NCBI GenBank assembly: GCA_040830765.1
Contig: JBFOMH010000004.1
Coordinates: 96,001 to 160,000 of the forward strand
Length of the DNA: 64,000 bases
Direction of reading: 5' to 3'
From: Puniceicoccaceae bacterium
GTDB lineage: Bacteria; Verrucomicrobiota; Verrucomicrobiia; Opitutales; Oceanipulchritudinaceae
A program made the position numbers and the translations under genes. Numbering within the stretch: position 1 is the first letter of the stretch; each line of letters starts with the position of its first letter. Shown in pieces: positions 1 to 9,527 of the stretch. Below the pieces are notes generated by a model. That model saw only the letters and a program-made list of their open reading frames with translations, was not told the DNA's origin and made no database searches.

Positions 1-446
1 AAGGGGATCGTGTTGGGCCGGTCCCCATAAACCTTGTTGGTCGACATGTGGGCGAACGGTGCTTCCGGACAAGCCTGTCGGGTGGCTTCGAGAAGGTTGA
101 CCGTCCCCACCGCGTTGGTGTCAAAGTCATCGAACGGAATGGCTGCTGCCCTATCATGGCTGGGTTGTGCCGCAGTGTGGACAATCGCATCCGGCTCGAC
201 CTCCTTCAGTAGATCGAGGACGCCCTGTCGGTCGCGGATGTCTACCTCGTGATGGGAAAATTTTTTGCCGAGCGACGACTGCAAACGATTTTGATTCCAT
301 CGGGTATCGCCTTGCGGGCCAAAAAACACAGCCCGCTGATTGTTATCCAATCCATGGATTTCCCATCCCAGATTCGCGAAATAGATGCAGACTTCGGATC
401 CGATTAATCCGGAAGATCCGGTAACAAGTAATTTTTGTTTAGACAT
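1..446 (-). CDS. NAD-dependent epimerase, CDP-paratose 2-epimerase (tyvelose epimerase)-like; runs off the window start
   Basis: Not in the ORF track; translated manually from ATG at 446: [20 protein letters not shown]...[12 protein letters not shown]...[14 protein letters not shown]...[17 protein letters not shown]...[10 protein letters not shown]. It has a GxxGxxG Rossmann motif and the [11 protein letters not shown] motifs of RfbE-type extended SDRs, and overlaps the upstream stop by 8 nt. Confidence 0.85.
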   Translation of the reverse strand, partial: MSKQKLLVTGSSGLIGSEVCIYFANLGWEIHGLDNNQRAVFFGPQGDTRWNQNRLQSSLGKKFSHHEVDIRDRQGVLDLLKEVEPDAIVHTAAQPSHDRAAAIPFDDFDTNAVGTVNLLEATRQACPEAPFAHMSTNKVYGDRPNTIP

Positions 447-1335
447 GGTGTTTTAAAGTGACGCATGGAATTGCGGATCGGATAGTCCAATCGGCCTCCG
501 TATCCTTTAAAGGGTGAATCGCCCGCAGATTTTCATCATTGAGATCCTCAATGGTAAAATACCTCGCACCATGCATGTATTTCCACCCTTCCACAAACCG
601 GGTCTTACGAATATCGATGACCTTTCCCCCGAGCATTTTGATCAGAATGGGTAGCAGCACATCATCATTCCACTCCAAACCGTTCTTTCCAGCTGGAACC
701 AGGTATCCGTTCTTATCCATAAGGCCTAAAATGCCTTTTCCTATGGCATAGCCTCCTCCGGTAGGCTGGGCATAAGGCCATTTGAGCTTCATCAATCCCC
801 AAAAGGTTGCCCGGGCATGCCAAGTCATGCCAATCCGTAATTTCCCGGCCTTGCCATACCGGTGAGTTGCCGGTTCGCGGCTAAGGCCAACGGGTAGGCA
901 GTCAACCAGCAACCGCATCCATCGTTTCATGTTATCACCCCGAGCGCGGTAAACGGCGTGTGGAGCTATAAAATCAGCCTGTTCCGATTGACTCAAAGAG
1001 GCGAGATCCTCAAAAAATTCCCGTGATAATACAACTGTATCTGGGTCCAGCTTGATGAGTAAATCGAATGACCGCTTTGCCAAATTTCCAAAACACCAGA
1101 ACACAGTTTTCCCAATCTCGGTATAGGGTCGCGGGGCCTCGGGCACTGTGATGACGGCGATCTCCTCACGGCTTGAGAGTCTGTCAATTAAATTAGATTT
1201 CCCTGTGTTATCAAAGACGTATACTGAAGTGGTATATTCTTCAGGAACCAAGGCCAGTGCCCTGTGTAATCCTTCTTCGGCGATTCTTTCCTCCCCGGGG
1301 GAAACAACTAGGAAGACTGCCAGCGAAAAGTTCAT
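439..1335 (-). CDS. Putative GT-A fold glycosyltransferase (GT31/Fringe-like motif order)
   Basis: 298-aa ORF coupled to both neighbours; motifs IKLDPDT (DxD), TGGGY, NDDV and HPLK. Confidence 0.6.
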   Translation of the reverse strand: MNFSLAVFLVVSPGEERIAEEGLHRALALVPEEYTTSVYVFDNTGKSNLIDRLSSREEIAVITVPEAPRPYTEIGKTVFWCFGNLAKRSFDLLIKLDPDTVVLSREFFEDLASLSQSEQADFIAPHAVYRARGDNMKRWMRLLVDCLPVGLSREPATHRYGKAGKLRIGMTWHARATFWGLMKLKWPYAQPTGGGYAIGKGILGLMDKNGYLVPAGKNGLEWNDDVLLPILIKMLGGKVIDIRKTRFVEGWKYMHGARYFTIEDLNDENLRAIHPLKDTEADWTIRSAIPCVTLKHHV

Positions 1336-3170
1336 GTCAATTCAACCCTGTCACCAAAACCGAGCTCCTCAAATGTACCCTGCCGTTCCACCCCACCATC
1401 TTTGAGAAGGAAAATCTGGTCAGCTCTACGAATTGTTGTCAATCGATGAGCAATCACAACCAGTGTCATTTGGCCGTAAAGGGCTTCAATTGCCTCCATT
1501 AAGGCTGACTCGGTCGCGTTATCCAGGGCACTTGTCGCCTCATCAAGTACCAGCAAAGCCGGCTTGTGGTACAAGGCACGAGCTAAACCTATGCGCTGGC
1601 GCTGGCCTCCGGACAGGCGAACGCCTCTTTCTCCTACCCGGCTCTGAAATCCATCCGGCAATTCACTTTCTATGAACTCTCGTATCTGGGCAACCTCTGT
1701 AACCGTGCGGAGTTGCTCTTCGTCGATGGCCTTCGCTTCCAACCCAAAGGCCACATTGGCCGCAATTGTGTCGTCCAGTAAAAAGATTTCCTGGGGAACA
1801 TAGCCAATGCTGGCTCTCCATGGGCGCATGTTGTCCCGAGCTAATTCAAGCTCATCAATCATTATCCGCCCGGACTGAGGTCTATGTAATCCCAAAAGGA
1901 TGTCCACCAAGGTCGACTTCCCAGAACCCGTTTCGCCAACAAAGGCAATGAAGGAATTCTTGGGAATTTTCAGAGAGAGACCATTTATGACAGGGCTTTT
2001 CGTCGAGGGGTATTGAAAGGTGATCTTTTCCAACCTTATGGCATTGCTCCACTCCAATTGATTTACATTCGCGGGGCGCCGCGCGATGAGCTCAAGCGTG
2101 TCCGGCTCCTCTGCGGTCATGAATTCATCGTACACCTCCTCCATGCTGTGCATCATCAGGGTTATTTGAGTGGCGGATCCATAGAAGAGCTGGAAGTTAG
2201 GAATCAGCCTGTATCCGGCCATAGCCATGACGCCAAGCATGGGGATAAAGGAAGAAAAGTCCTGCCTTTGTATGGACAATAAGAGCACGAAAATAACGAT
2301 GGCGCCGAACGCCAAGGGCTCAATAAGGTAACGCGGTGCATTCTGGTAAATGGGAAACCACTTCTGCAGGGTCGCTTGGATGGCCGAATGCTGAGCATAG
2401 CGATTTAGGAACACTTGCTCCACTCCGTGCACTTTTATTGGTTTTATACCACCAAGCAGTTGCTGAGCTTCTCGCATGGCACCGCGATTTGCCAACTTCA
2501 TCGAACGCGAGGTGTTTTCTCTTCGATTGCGTAGTATTTTGTAGATTAAGGAGTAAAAAATCCCCAATGCAATCGCTGCTCCAATGGCAAATCCAGGATT
2601 AACCAAGACAAGCGTGAGAATTAGAAAGATGGATGTAATCCCTCGGGCAACACCCTCTAACAAAGGAGACAGCACACCAGAAACATAAGCATAGACATCA
2701 CCTGTTGTCTTTTTGAGTAATTCCCCAGTATTTGTGTTGAGAAAATAGCCGTAGGAATTCTGCAGCATTCGATCGAGGAGGCGCAAGCGCAACCAGTGGG
2801 CATAGCCGTGAGCATAGCGGGTGCGGACAATTTCCCCGGCCATCATCAAAGCATTGGATAGTAATAGCATGATCAGGGCAAAAAGCCCTGCAAAGAATAT
2901 CAAACGAGCATCTGAGAGAGGGGGAAGTGCGTTGAGGAGTATATGCCCGACGGAAGAATCCTTGAAAGCTGCGGGATTTGCCGCCAAAGCGAGAAAGGGA
3001 AAGATGGATGTGACCCCAATGACTTGGAAAAGGCCTTGGGCGAGGATAACGATGAAAACAAAGATCAATCGCTTGCGCCCATAGGGTCGGGCCAAAAAGT
3101 ATGCCTTCCGCAAGAAATCACTAACTTTCGACTTTTCCGTACCAGCCATATTTAGATTGTCATGAGCCAA
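1332..3170 (-). CDS. ABC transporter permease/ATPase, PglK/Wzk/MsbA-like lipid-linked glycan flippase
   Basis: N-terminal TM domain, Walker A GETGSGKST, signature LSGGQRQR, Walker B LVLDEATSALD, H-loop IAHRL; lies in the glycan locus. Confidence 0.9.
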   Translation of the reverse strand: MAHDNLNMAGTEKSKVSDFLRKAYFLARPYGRKRLIFVFIVILAQGLFQVIGVTSIFPFLALAANPAAFKDSSVGHILLNALPPLSDARLIFFAGLFALIMLLLSNALMMAGEIVRTRYAHGYAHWLRLRLLDRMLQNSYGYFLNTNTGELLKKTTGDVYAYVSGVLSPLLEGVARGITSIFLILTLVLVNPGFAIGAAIALGIFYSLIYKILRNRRENTSRSMKLANRGAMREAQQLLGGIKPIKVHGVEQVFLNRYAQHSAIQATLQKWFPIYQNAPRYLIEPLAFGAIVIFVLLLSIQRQDFSSFIPMLGVMAMAGYRLIPNFQLFYGSATQITLMMHSMEEVYDEFMTAEEPDTLELIARRPANVNQLEWSNAIRLEKITFQYPSTKSPVINGLSLKIPKNSFIAFVGETGSGKSTLVDILLGLHRPQSGRIMIDELELARDNMRPWRASIGYVPQEIFLLDDTIAANVAFGLEAKAIDEEQLRTVTEVAQIREFIESELPDGFQSRVGERGVRLSGGQRQRIGLARALYHKPALLVLDEATSALDNATESALMEAIEALYGQMTLVVIAHRLTTIRRADQIFLLKDGGVERQGTFEELGFGDRVELT

Positions 3171-3829
3171 TATGTATCGATTTCCCGATGCTCATTACCA
3201 ATGAATGGGAGTGCGCTGAGGTCCTTAATGAGGAATGCTCTTTTAACTCTTGTGAAATGGGCTGCGACCTCAGCAACCCTATCCTTGCCGTGAATTTCAA
3301 TCAGCCAATCGTGTTTATCGTTCTGAAGTATATCCTGTGCGCCATTGAGGGCCTCGGTCTCAAAGCCCTCAATATCAATTTTGATCAAACCCGACTTCCC
3401 GTGGAGTTCGGGATGGGACTTATGGAAATTGTCCAAGGTAACATAGTCATCTGAATCCTCCGCCCCGACAAATTTCTGCACAACTGTAATCGTGCAATTT
3501 GAGTACTCTTGCCATTCTCTTGGTTGCAGTAAGGATGGCATGTTTCCGGCACCCGGTTCAAAGCTGATAATGTCAACCGGTCGTTGATTTCCTTTAGACA
3601 TCAACCAGGCCAAGCCATAGGTATCGTATCCATCGTTAGCCCCGACATCGAATGCGAAATCCTTTTGCGGAGCAACTTCCTCCAACCAGTCATTAAGGAC
3701 GTGTTCGTAAAGACCGAATATCTTGCGTTTTGAGTCGGCCGGATTCAGAAAGACCCTCGCTCCCTTAAAGGGTCCCCGGAGAATCTTAACATCCTCCTGC
3801 TTGTTACTGAGTAATTTAATGGGATTCAT
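3152..3829 (-). CDS. FkbM-family SAM-dependent methyltransferase
   Basis: Motifs FDVGANDG, SFEP and IKIDIEGFE...L.GA; 225 aa. Confidence 0.85.
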   Translation of the reverse strand: MNPIKLLSNKQEDVKILRGPFKGARVFLNPADSKRKIFGLYEHVLNDWLEEVAPQKDFAFDVGANDGYDTYGLAWLMSKGNQRPVDIISFEPGAGNMPSLLQPREWQEYSNCTITVVQKFVGAEDSDDYVTLDNFHKSHPELHGKSGLIKIDIEGFETEALNGAQDILQNDKHDWLIEIHGKDRVAEVAAHFTRVKRAFLIKDLSALPFIGNEHREIDTYWLMTI

Positions 3830-4067
3830 ATGACCGTTGTTTCGAGTTTAAATTTGTAGCCCCCACGCTGCCGCCCTTGGTCGAATCCTGAAAATGGAAA
3901 ACCAATCGGAAAACATTTGGTCGATGACCGGGAACTCATAAAACTTTCACTCCCGTAAAACGGGATGGCTGCTGCCTGCAAAGTATGGGGAATCCAATAG
4001 AAATGGGCAAATGGGGTCAAGGGGCATGAGGGCAAAGCGCTTTTCTGCGGAAAGATTAACAATTGAT

Positions 4068-5180
4068 TTACGCATGGTCGGATTCCAGCAGGCTCGAATA
4101 GAGCCCGAATTGCTTACTCGCCACCTTCTCACAGGTATATGCGGATTGGACCAATTCACATGCCTTCCGGGATAATTCTTCCCATTGAGACCGGCCGAGT
4201 CCCTTTGCCGCTTCCAGTCCTGTCTTGATACTTAAGGAATCCGGTTCCACATGAATTCCAATCTTAGATTCAAAAATATCGGGGAAATTGCAGCCTTGGG
4301 AAACAATTGGTACCATTCCGCTTTGCATGGCCTCCAAAACGCTACTTGGAAAACCTTCGCTGTAAGATGGTAGCACGTAGAAATGGCAGGATTTGAGCAG
4401 ATTTGCCTTTTCCTCGCCAAAAACCGGACCGATATATTCAACATTTCCAATTCCCGGGTTGCCTATGAGGAACTGCTCCAGCTTTGAGAACTCTCCATCA
4501 TCCGGTCCAGCTATTTTCAAGAAGACTGAAGAGGACCGACTTAGCGAACTGGCCTTCCATCCCTCCAAAAGAGGCATAATACCCTTTTTCTGATGAAGGC
4601 GGGCCATGAATAGGAAGGTTGTGACTGGACTTCGTTCATCAGCGGTCTCCGACCAATCAGTCTCCACGACACCATTAGGAATCCATTCCATCCGATTCTG
4701 AAATACCTTCTGCAAGTTTGCGTATTCAGGTTTAGAAACAGCCCGAATCACGTCTGCCCTCTGCAAAGCACGTTTTTCGAAAAGATTAAAATAGCCCCAC
4801 TTCAGCAGCCTTTTTTGGGAGCGGCTCCACGGCTCCAGCATCCCTTGGGGCACAGCTACCCAGGAGAAGCCCAAGTTCTTAAGGTGTCGACCCCATCTCG
4901 TTGGAAACTGCCAGCAGCCATGGCTGACAATCACATCCTTTGCGGGATTCAAGCCTGCCATGGAGGTGATGTCCCTCAGGTGTTTCGTGGCGAGGTTATC
5001 AAGCCCCCTGGGGATAGCCCCATTCAAAGCCTCTTTCACTACCTCAGAGGTGGAACTGGGATACCAGATCTCGGACTCCACAGAGTGATTTTCTTTCAAT
5101 TCTCTTGATGTGGAAATAGCGGCATTCCAGATGCCAAAATTAACCCGATCGAGGCGGTCGACGATGTTGATAATGCGCAT
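4068..5180 (-). CDS. Glycosyltransferase family 4
   Basis: Motifs PQGMLEPW, FMARLHQKKG and LPSYSEGFPSSVLEAM. Start moved to ATG 5180 (MRIINIVD), 2 nt after the upstream stop. Confidence 0.88.
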   Translation of the reverse strand: MRIINIVDRLDRVNFGIWNAAISTSRELKENHSVESEIWYPSSTSEVVKEALNGAIPRGLDNLATKHLRDITSMAGLNPAKDVIVSHGCWQFPTRWGRHLKNLGFSWVAVPQGMLEPWSRSQKRLLKWGYFNLFEKRALQRADVIRAVSKPEYANLQKVFQNRMEWIPNGVVETDWSETADERSPVTTFLFMARLHQKKGIMPLLEGWKASSLSRSSSVFLKIAGPDDGEFSKLEQFLIGNPGIGNVEYIGPVFGEEKANLLKSCHFYVLPSYSEGFPSSVLEAMQSGMVPIVSQGCNFPDIFESKIGIHVEPDSLSIKTGLEAAKGLGRSQWEELSRKACELVQSAYTCEKVASKQFGLYSSLLESDHA

Positions 5181-5182
5181 GT

Positions 5183-6259
5183 CTACTTGAAGCTTTCCTG
5201 AAGATAAAGAGCCCAATTCGAACAATTGAACTGGGAGACCCTTTGCCGGGAGCGTTCGCTCATTTGCAGCCATTCCTGCGTACCGGTCATGGGCAAGCCG
5301 TTGAGGACGGTCACAAGGGCACTTTCATCGCAGGGGTGAAAGAGCCAACCACTTTCCTCATCGACCAGATCTGGCTGACACCCACAGGCGTCACTACAAA
5401 TGACTGGGAGGCCGGCAGCCATAGCCTCGTTGACCACTAATCCCCATGGCTCAAAAGTGCTGGGCAGGACAAAAGCACTGGCGCGGGCATATTCCCCGGG
5501 CAGCGCCTCATACCCTACCCAGCCGACAAATTCCACTCTATCGGAGCCGCCGGCGGCATCTCGCAAGGCCTTTTCCTCTGGCCCTCCACCAATAAGACGC
5601 AGTCGCCATGAACTGGCCAGTTCGGATTGCCGGAAGGCGGCGATCAACATGCCCAGATTCTTTTCCGGACTGAAGCGGGCAACCGAGAGCAGGACGGGTT
5701 CACGTCTTATGGAGCCTGATGTAGCGAAATGGTCATTATCGACGACACTGTACCCAACCAGGATGCGGTCCTGGGGGATTCCCAGTTTCTTATGAAAGTG
5801 ATCCCGGGCACGACTGCCTGAAACGAAGAACCTTTGACAGAATATCCGCAGGAAGAATCCCTTGGCCCGGTTAAGCAGCCAGTTCTCCCCATACCAGGAC
5901 TCGGCAAAGAGGGTCACCCGGCAACCCCGCATCCAAGCCAGCTTGATGAAGAGGATATATTCCAGCCGGCCGTAACCTGCGATGGCGACGTTTCGAATTT
6001 GCTTCTCCTTCAGGAGCTTCCAAAACCGTCTCACCCGGTTCCACAGATCCAGTTTTTCAACCGGTTTGGTGGAGAGGACAAAATGGCGGTTGGATTCAGC
6101 AGATCTGCCCCATCCATAGAGCCCGTCCTCTCCGCCGAAATCAGCCGTAAAGACCTGCTCCTCATTGACGAGCTCTTTAAGGGCACGGACCCTTGCCCGA
6201 TGGTAATCGCCAATCCGGTCCCAGACGACCAATATGTTGCCACTTTCCACCCTGTTCAT
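5183..6259 (-). CDS. Glycosyltransferase family 4
   Basis: Motifs VARFSPEKN and LPSTFEPWGLVVNEAMAAGLPVI. Confidence 0.9.
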   Translation of the reverse strand: MNRVESGNILVVWDRIGDYHRARVRALKELVNEEQVFTADFGGEDGLYGWGRSAESNRHFVLSTKPVEKLDLWNRVRRFWKLLKEKQIRNVAIAGYGRLEYILFIKLAWMRGCRVTLFAESWYGENWLLNRAKGFFLRIFCQRFFVSGSRARDHFHKKLGIPQDRILVGYSVVDNDHFATSGSIRREPVLLSVARFSPEKNLGMLIAAFRQSELASSWRLRLIGGGPEEKALRDAAGGSDRVEFVGWVGYEALPGEYARASAFVLPSTFEPWGLVVNEAMAAGLPVICSDACGCQPDLVDEESGWLFHPCDESALVTVLNGLPMTGTQEWLQMSERSRQRVSQFNCSNWALYLQESFK

Positions 6260-7497
6260 CCGCCTTGAATGTTATCCAATTCCTGCAGCATCCGATCCCA
6301 TCTGGCAACTTCATTGCTCCTCTGGTAGTTTTCAGCCCAAAGGCGCCGGGCATTTGATCCCTCTTTTCCAAGTAGATCCGGATTCCTGCTATAACGTCGC
6401 AGTGCTTCAACCAGGCTGGAGTAGTCCCCTTCATGGATAGAACAGCCGGCCTCTGCAAATGCCAGCAACTCAGCGATCTCGCAACGCGTGTCCCCGATAA
6501 AGATAACCGGCCGGCCCGCCTGGAGAATGCCGAAGAACTTGCTTGGAAAAATATACGGTGTCATTGCTTCCTTGAGGGTGAACCAATGCACATCCGGGAC
6601 CCGGAGGGCTGAGGCCAGCTCATCCAGCGGCTGATAGGGAAGGAAAGTGAAACTACTCTCCAGTCCGGCATCTTCAACCGCTTCCTGCAATGCGGCATAT
6701 CCATGACCGCCTCCACACAGCAGAAAGTGAATCTTGTCTTCTTTTTCGAGCGCTTTGGCTGACTCAAGAAGTGTCTTCCAGTCATGGGCCCGACCAAGGT
6801 TGCCCGAGTACCCGACCAACAAGACATCCTCCGGGATCTCCCACGCAGCCCTTAGTTCTTTTTCCCTCGTTCCACCTTCATCCTCCTGTACTGCCCAGTT
6901 GGAAATGCAGACCAGACGGTGACGTTCGATCTCCCGGGCAGAAAGATATGCCTGCATATCTTTTCCGAGGACAACGACCCGGTCGGAACGCCGCAGGCTC
7001 CAGTCGCGGACCAGCTTCAGAAACTTGAACAACCAGCTCGTAAAATTGGAAGGCCGCATACTGGCGATCGCCACCTCGGGAAAAACATCCTGGCACCAGG
7101 CAACCAGGCGGAACTGCTTTACCAAGCGGCCTATGGAACCAAGTATGCTCAGAAGCGGTGGATCTGTCTTCAAGACGACTATGTCCCCGCCTCCAAGGTT
7201 ACGAAGGATGTAGGCGAAGAAGGAGTAATAGATGGTCAGGTAGTCCATCAAGCGGCCGGACAGGGTGCCTCGCCCGAACCGGGTCGACCAGAGGCGGACA
7301 ATCTCGACTCCGCCCAGCTGCTCCCGACGGTCATACTGGATTTCCTTGTTGGCATAGTCCAACCTGCTGGAAATGACCGTGACCTCATAGCCCAGGACAT
7401 CGAGCTCGCGGCAAAGATCCGTCAGGATCTGCGCGGTCGCACTCTGGTCGGGCCAGAAAAAGCGGTTAAAGAAGAAGACCCTCCGGGGACGCATCAT
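6256..7497 (-). CDS. Glycosyltransferase family 4 (WbuB/WcaI-like)
   Basis: Motifs NRFFWPDQSAT, QDVFPE, YSGNLGRAH and FPSKFFGILQAGRP. Confidence 0.88.
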   Translation of the reverse strand: MMRPRRVFFFNRFFWPDQSATAQILTDLCRELDVLGYEVTVISSRLDYANKEIQYDRREQLGGVEIVRLWSTRFGRGTLSGRLMDYLTIYYSFFAYILRNLGGGDIVVLKTDPPLLSILGSIGRLVKQFRLVAWCQDVFPEVAIASMRPSNFTSWLFKFLKLVRDWSLRRSDRVVVLGKDMQAYLSAREIERHRLVCISNWAVQEDEGGTREKELRAAWEIPEDVLLVGYSGNLGRAHDWKTLLESAKALEKEDKIHFLLCGGGHGYAALQEAVEDAGLESSFTFLPYQPLDELASALRVPDVHWFTLKEAMTPYIFPSKFFGILQAGRPVIFIGDTRCEIAELLAFAEAGCSIHEGDYSSLVEALRRYSRNPDLLGKEGSNARRLWAENYQRSNEVARWDRMLQELDNIQGG

Positions 7498-8084
7498 GAA
7501 TCAGATTGTTCAGCGCTTTCCGGCAGCGGCCGGTCCTTGATTTTGCGGGCGGGATTGCCGCCGAGGATTGTCAAAGCCGGGAATGATTTCAGGACCACAG
7601 AGCGCGCCCCGACGATGCTGAAATCCCCAATCTCAACACCCGGCCCGACAAAGGCATCGGCACAGACCCAAATGCCCTGCCCGAGCCGGATTTCCGGTTT
7701 CAAAAGAGGTAGATTAACTTGCGTGTAGTCATGTGTCCCGGCACAGAAGTGCGCCCCGTAGGAAATCATGGTCCCATCCCCGATGATGATTTTTCCCAGC
7801 GAGTACAATTGCACCCGCGGTCCAATAGTGACTTCATCCCCGATTTCCAAATTCCACGGAAAGAAGATGTCCACATCCGGGTAAATGCGGACAGCCTGCC
7901 CGATTTTCGCCCCGAAAGAGCGCAGTAACGCATTCCTGAATCCGTAGAAGAAGCGTGGAACGAGACGCAAAATCGGCCGTATGGCCATCCATAGGATCCG
8001 CTTCCCATACTCCGCGGAGTCATAGTTCTCATTGGCACGGTGGAGCTGAGTACTGAAAATATCTTCTCGATTCATTTTCTGCAT
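7494..8084 (-). CDS. WcaF-like hexapeptide-repeat O-acetyltransferase
   Basis: LRSFGAKIG, FPWNLEIGD, CAGTHDY and GGNPAR; left-handed beta-helix repeats. Confidence 0.88.
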   Translation of the reverse strand: MQKMNREDIFSTQLHRANENYDSAEYGKRILWMAIRPILRLVPRFFYGFRNALLRSFGAKIGQAVRIYPDVDIFFPWNLEIGDEVTIGPRVQLYSLGKIIIGDGTMISYGAHFCAGTHDYTQVNLPLLKPEIRLGQGIWVCADAFVGPGVEIGDFSIVGARSVVLKSFPALTILGGNPARKIKDRPLPESAEQSDS

Positions 8085-8090
8085 GTCCGG

Positions 8091-9527
8091 TCAATTTTCT
8101 CCGCGCGATTTATGGATTACAATGCCCATTACGACAAGCGCAACCGAGGGCAACAAGGATGTCGTAAAAAACTGAAGGCTACGCATTAACAGCAAAATAG
8201 CATAAAAACCACTGGCAAAGACAATCAACGGAAACGGAGTTGTGATGTACTTCGCCAAATGGTTCCAATAGCAGCAAAACATGCCGATCAGTAGCCCAAT
8301 GGCAATAATCCATGGTCTTCCACCTGCAATATAAGCCTCTCCCACCCATGCGACTGCCACTGTGTAGCCTTGTGCACCAACAACGTCTTCGATAGAAACG
8401 GCAAGGTCAGTCGGTTTGCCGGGCCAGAAAGCCCTCGGAATTGGTTTTGTCAGAGCTACAAAAACGAAGTTGAACCCAAGGTAATCATAGTATTGCGGAA
8501 ACGCAGCCGACATTTGAGCAACTCTCCACAAGTTGTAATCTACAAAATATCCGTATTCACCAGAATTCAAATTATCACCCTGATATTGATCTTCAATCTC
8601 GGCAAATGCAGCCGTATGCCGACCTTCCTCTATATACCTTCCCAGCCCCATGTTTCGAAACTCGAGCATCATCCCAGCCAAGTATACAAAACCAATTCCA
8701 ACTAATAATACCGTAGGAATTATAAGCTTAAGTTTTAGTTGCTTCTGAACGATAAAGAAACCGGCAAAAAAGCCAGCAACTTGAATGGCCAGTACATTGC
8801 GCGTTCCGCTGGAAAAGGCCGAATACCACAAAACGACCACGAAAAAAAGAACCACTGCCACCGCGAACTTCGAGTAAAGCTTGCGCCTTGCCAAGATTAC
8901 CCCTGCGACAGGAGGCATGACATAGCCCATGAGCTGCAACTCAAATAAGAGGGCGGATAGGTCTCCATATCTCCCCCTACCCCAGGCCCTTCCGAAGCGC
9001 CACTTGAGAGTTTCCTCAAACCAGGCAATCGGATTGAATTCTACGGCGAGTAACATGGGTAGAAAGTTCAAAAATGTTGCCCCGAAGAAAATAATTAGGA
9101 AATCCCGGGGGCGCATTTCGATCTTGCCAATATGGTCAAGCGTTCCTTTCGGGAATATATCAATGTGCCGTCCTATTACGATTGTCGCCACCCCCATCAG
9201 CGTCAGGTGAATGGCTGTGACCAGGTCGTCGGGGATGACCAACGTATCGAACAGACTTTGCTCAAATAGGAATTCGAAGTAGAGAAGGAAATGGAAGGAA
9301 AGGAGGGCAAAAATATCGACGCGGATCAAATTTCTCAATCCGGCCCGGGCATCGAGCAAAAAGCTGATAGCAAACCCAATCAGCAAAACAACACTGACCC
9401 ATCGGGCCACTTGGGAGGGCATGGCATCACGGAAACTTATGATGGTTCCTAAGACACAACAGACAAGAATGGCAGCTGTGCCGATAGGAGAAGGTCCAAG
9501 TCGATGCCGTCCTTGCATTGGTTTCAA
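8091..9527 (-). CDS. Polytopic membrane protein, Wzy-like oligosaccharide repeat-unit polymerase
   Basis: About 11-12 hydrophobic segments, SGTR and IPRAFWPGKP loop motifs typical of Wzy-type proteins; AT-richer sequence; lies among GT genes. Confidence 0.7.
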   Translation of the reverse strand: MKPMQGRHRLGPSPIGTAAILVCCVLGTIISFRDAMPSQVARWVSVVLLIGFAISFLLDARAGLRNLIRVDIFALLSFHFLLYFEFLFEQSLFDTLVIPDDLVTAIHLTLMGVATIVIGRHIDIFPKGTLDHIGKIEMRPRDFLIIFFGATFLNFLPMLLAVEFNPIAWFEETLKWRFGRAWGRGRYGDLSALLFELQLMGYVMPPVAGVILARRKLYSKFAVAVVLFFVVVLWYSAFSSGTRNVLAIQVAGFFAGFFIVQKQLKLKLIIPTVLLVGIGFVYLAGMMLEFRNMGLGRYIEEGRHTAAFAEIEDQYQGDNLNSGEYGYFVDYNLWRVAQMSAAFPQYYDYLGFNFVFVALTKPIPRAFWPGKPTDLAVSIEDVVGAQGYTVAVAWVGEAYIAGGRPWIIAIGLLIGMFCCYWNHLAKYITTPFPLIVFASGFYAILLLMRSLQFFTTSLLPSVALVVMGIVIHKSRGEN

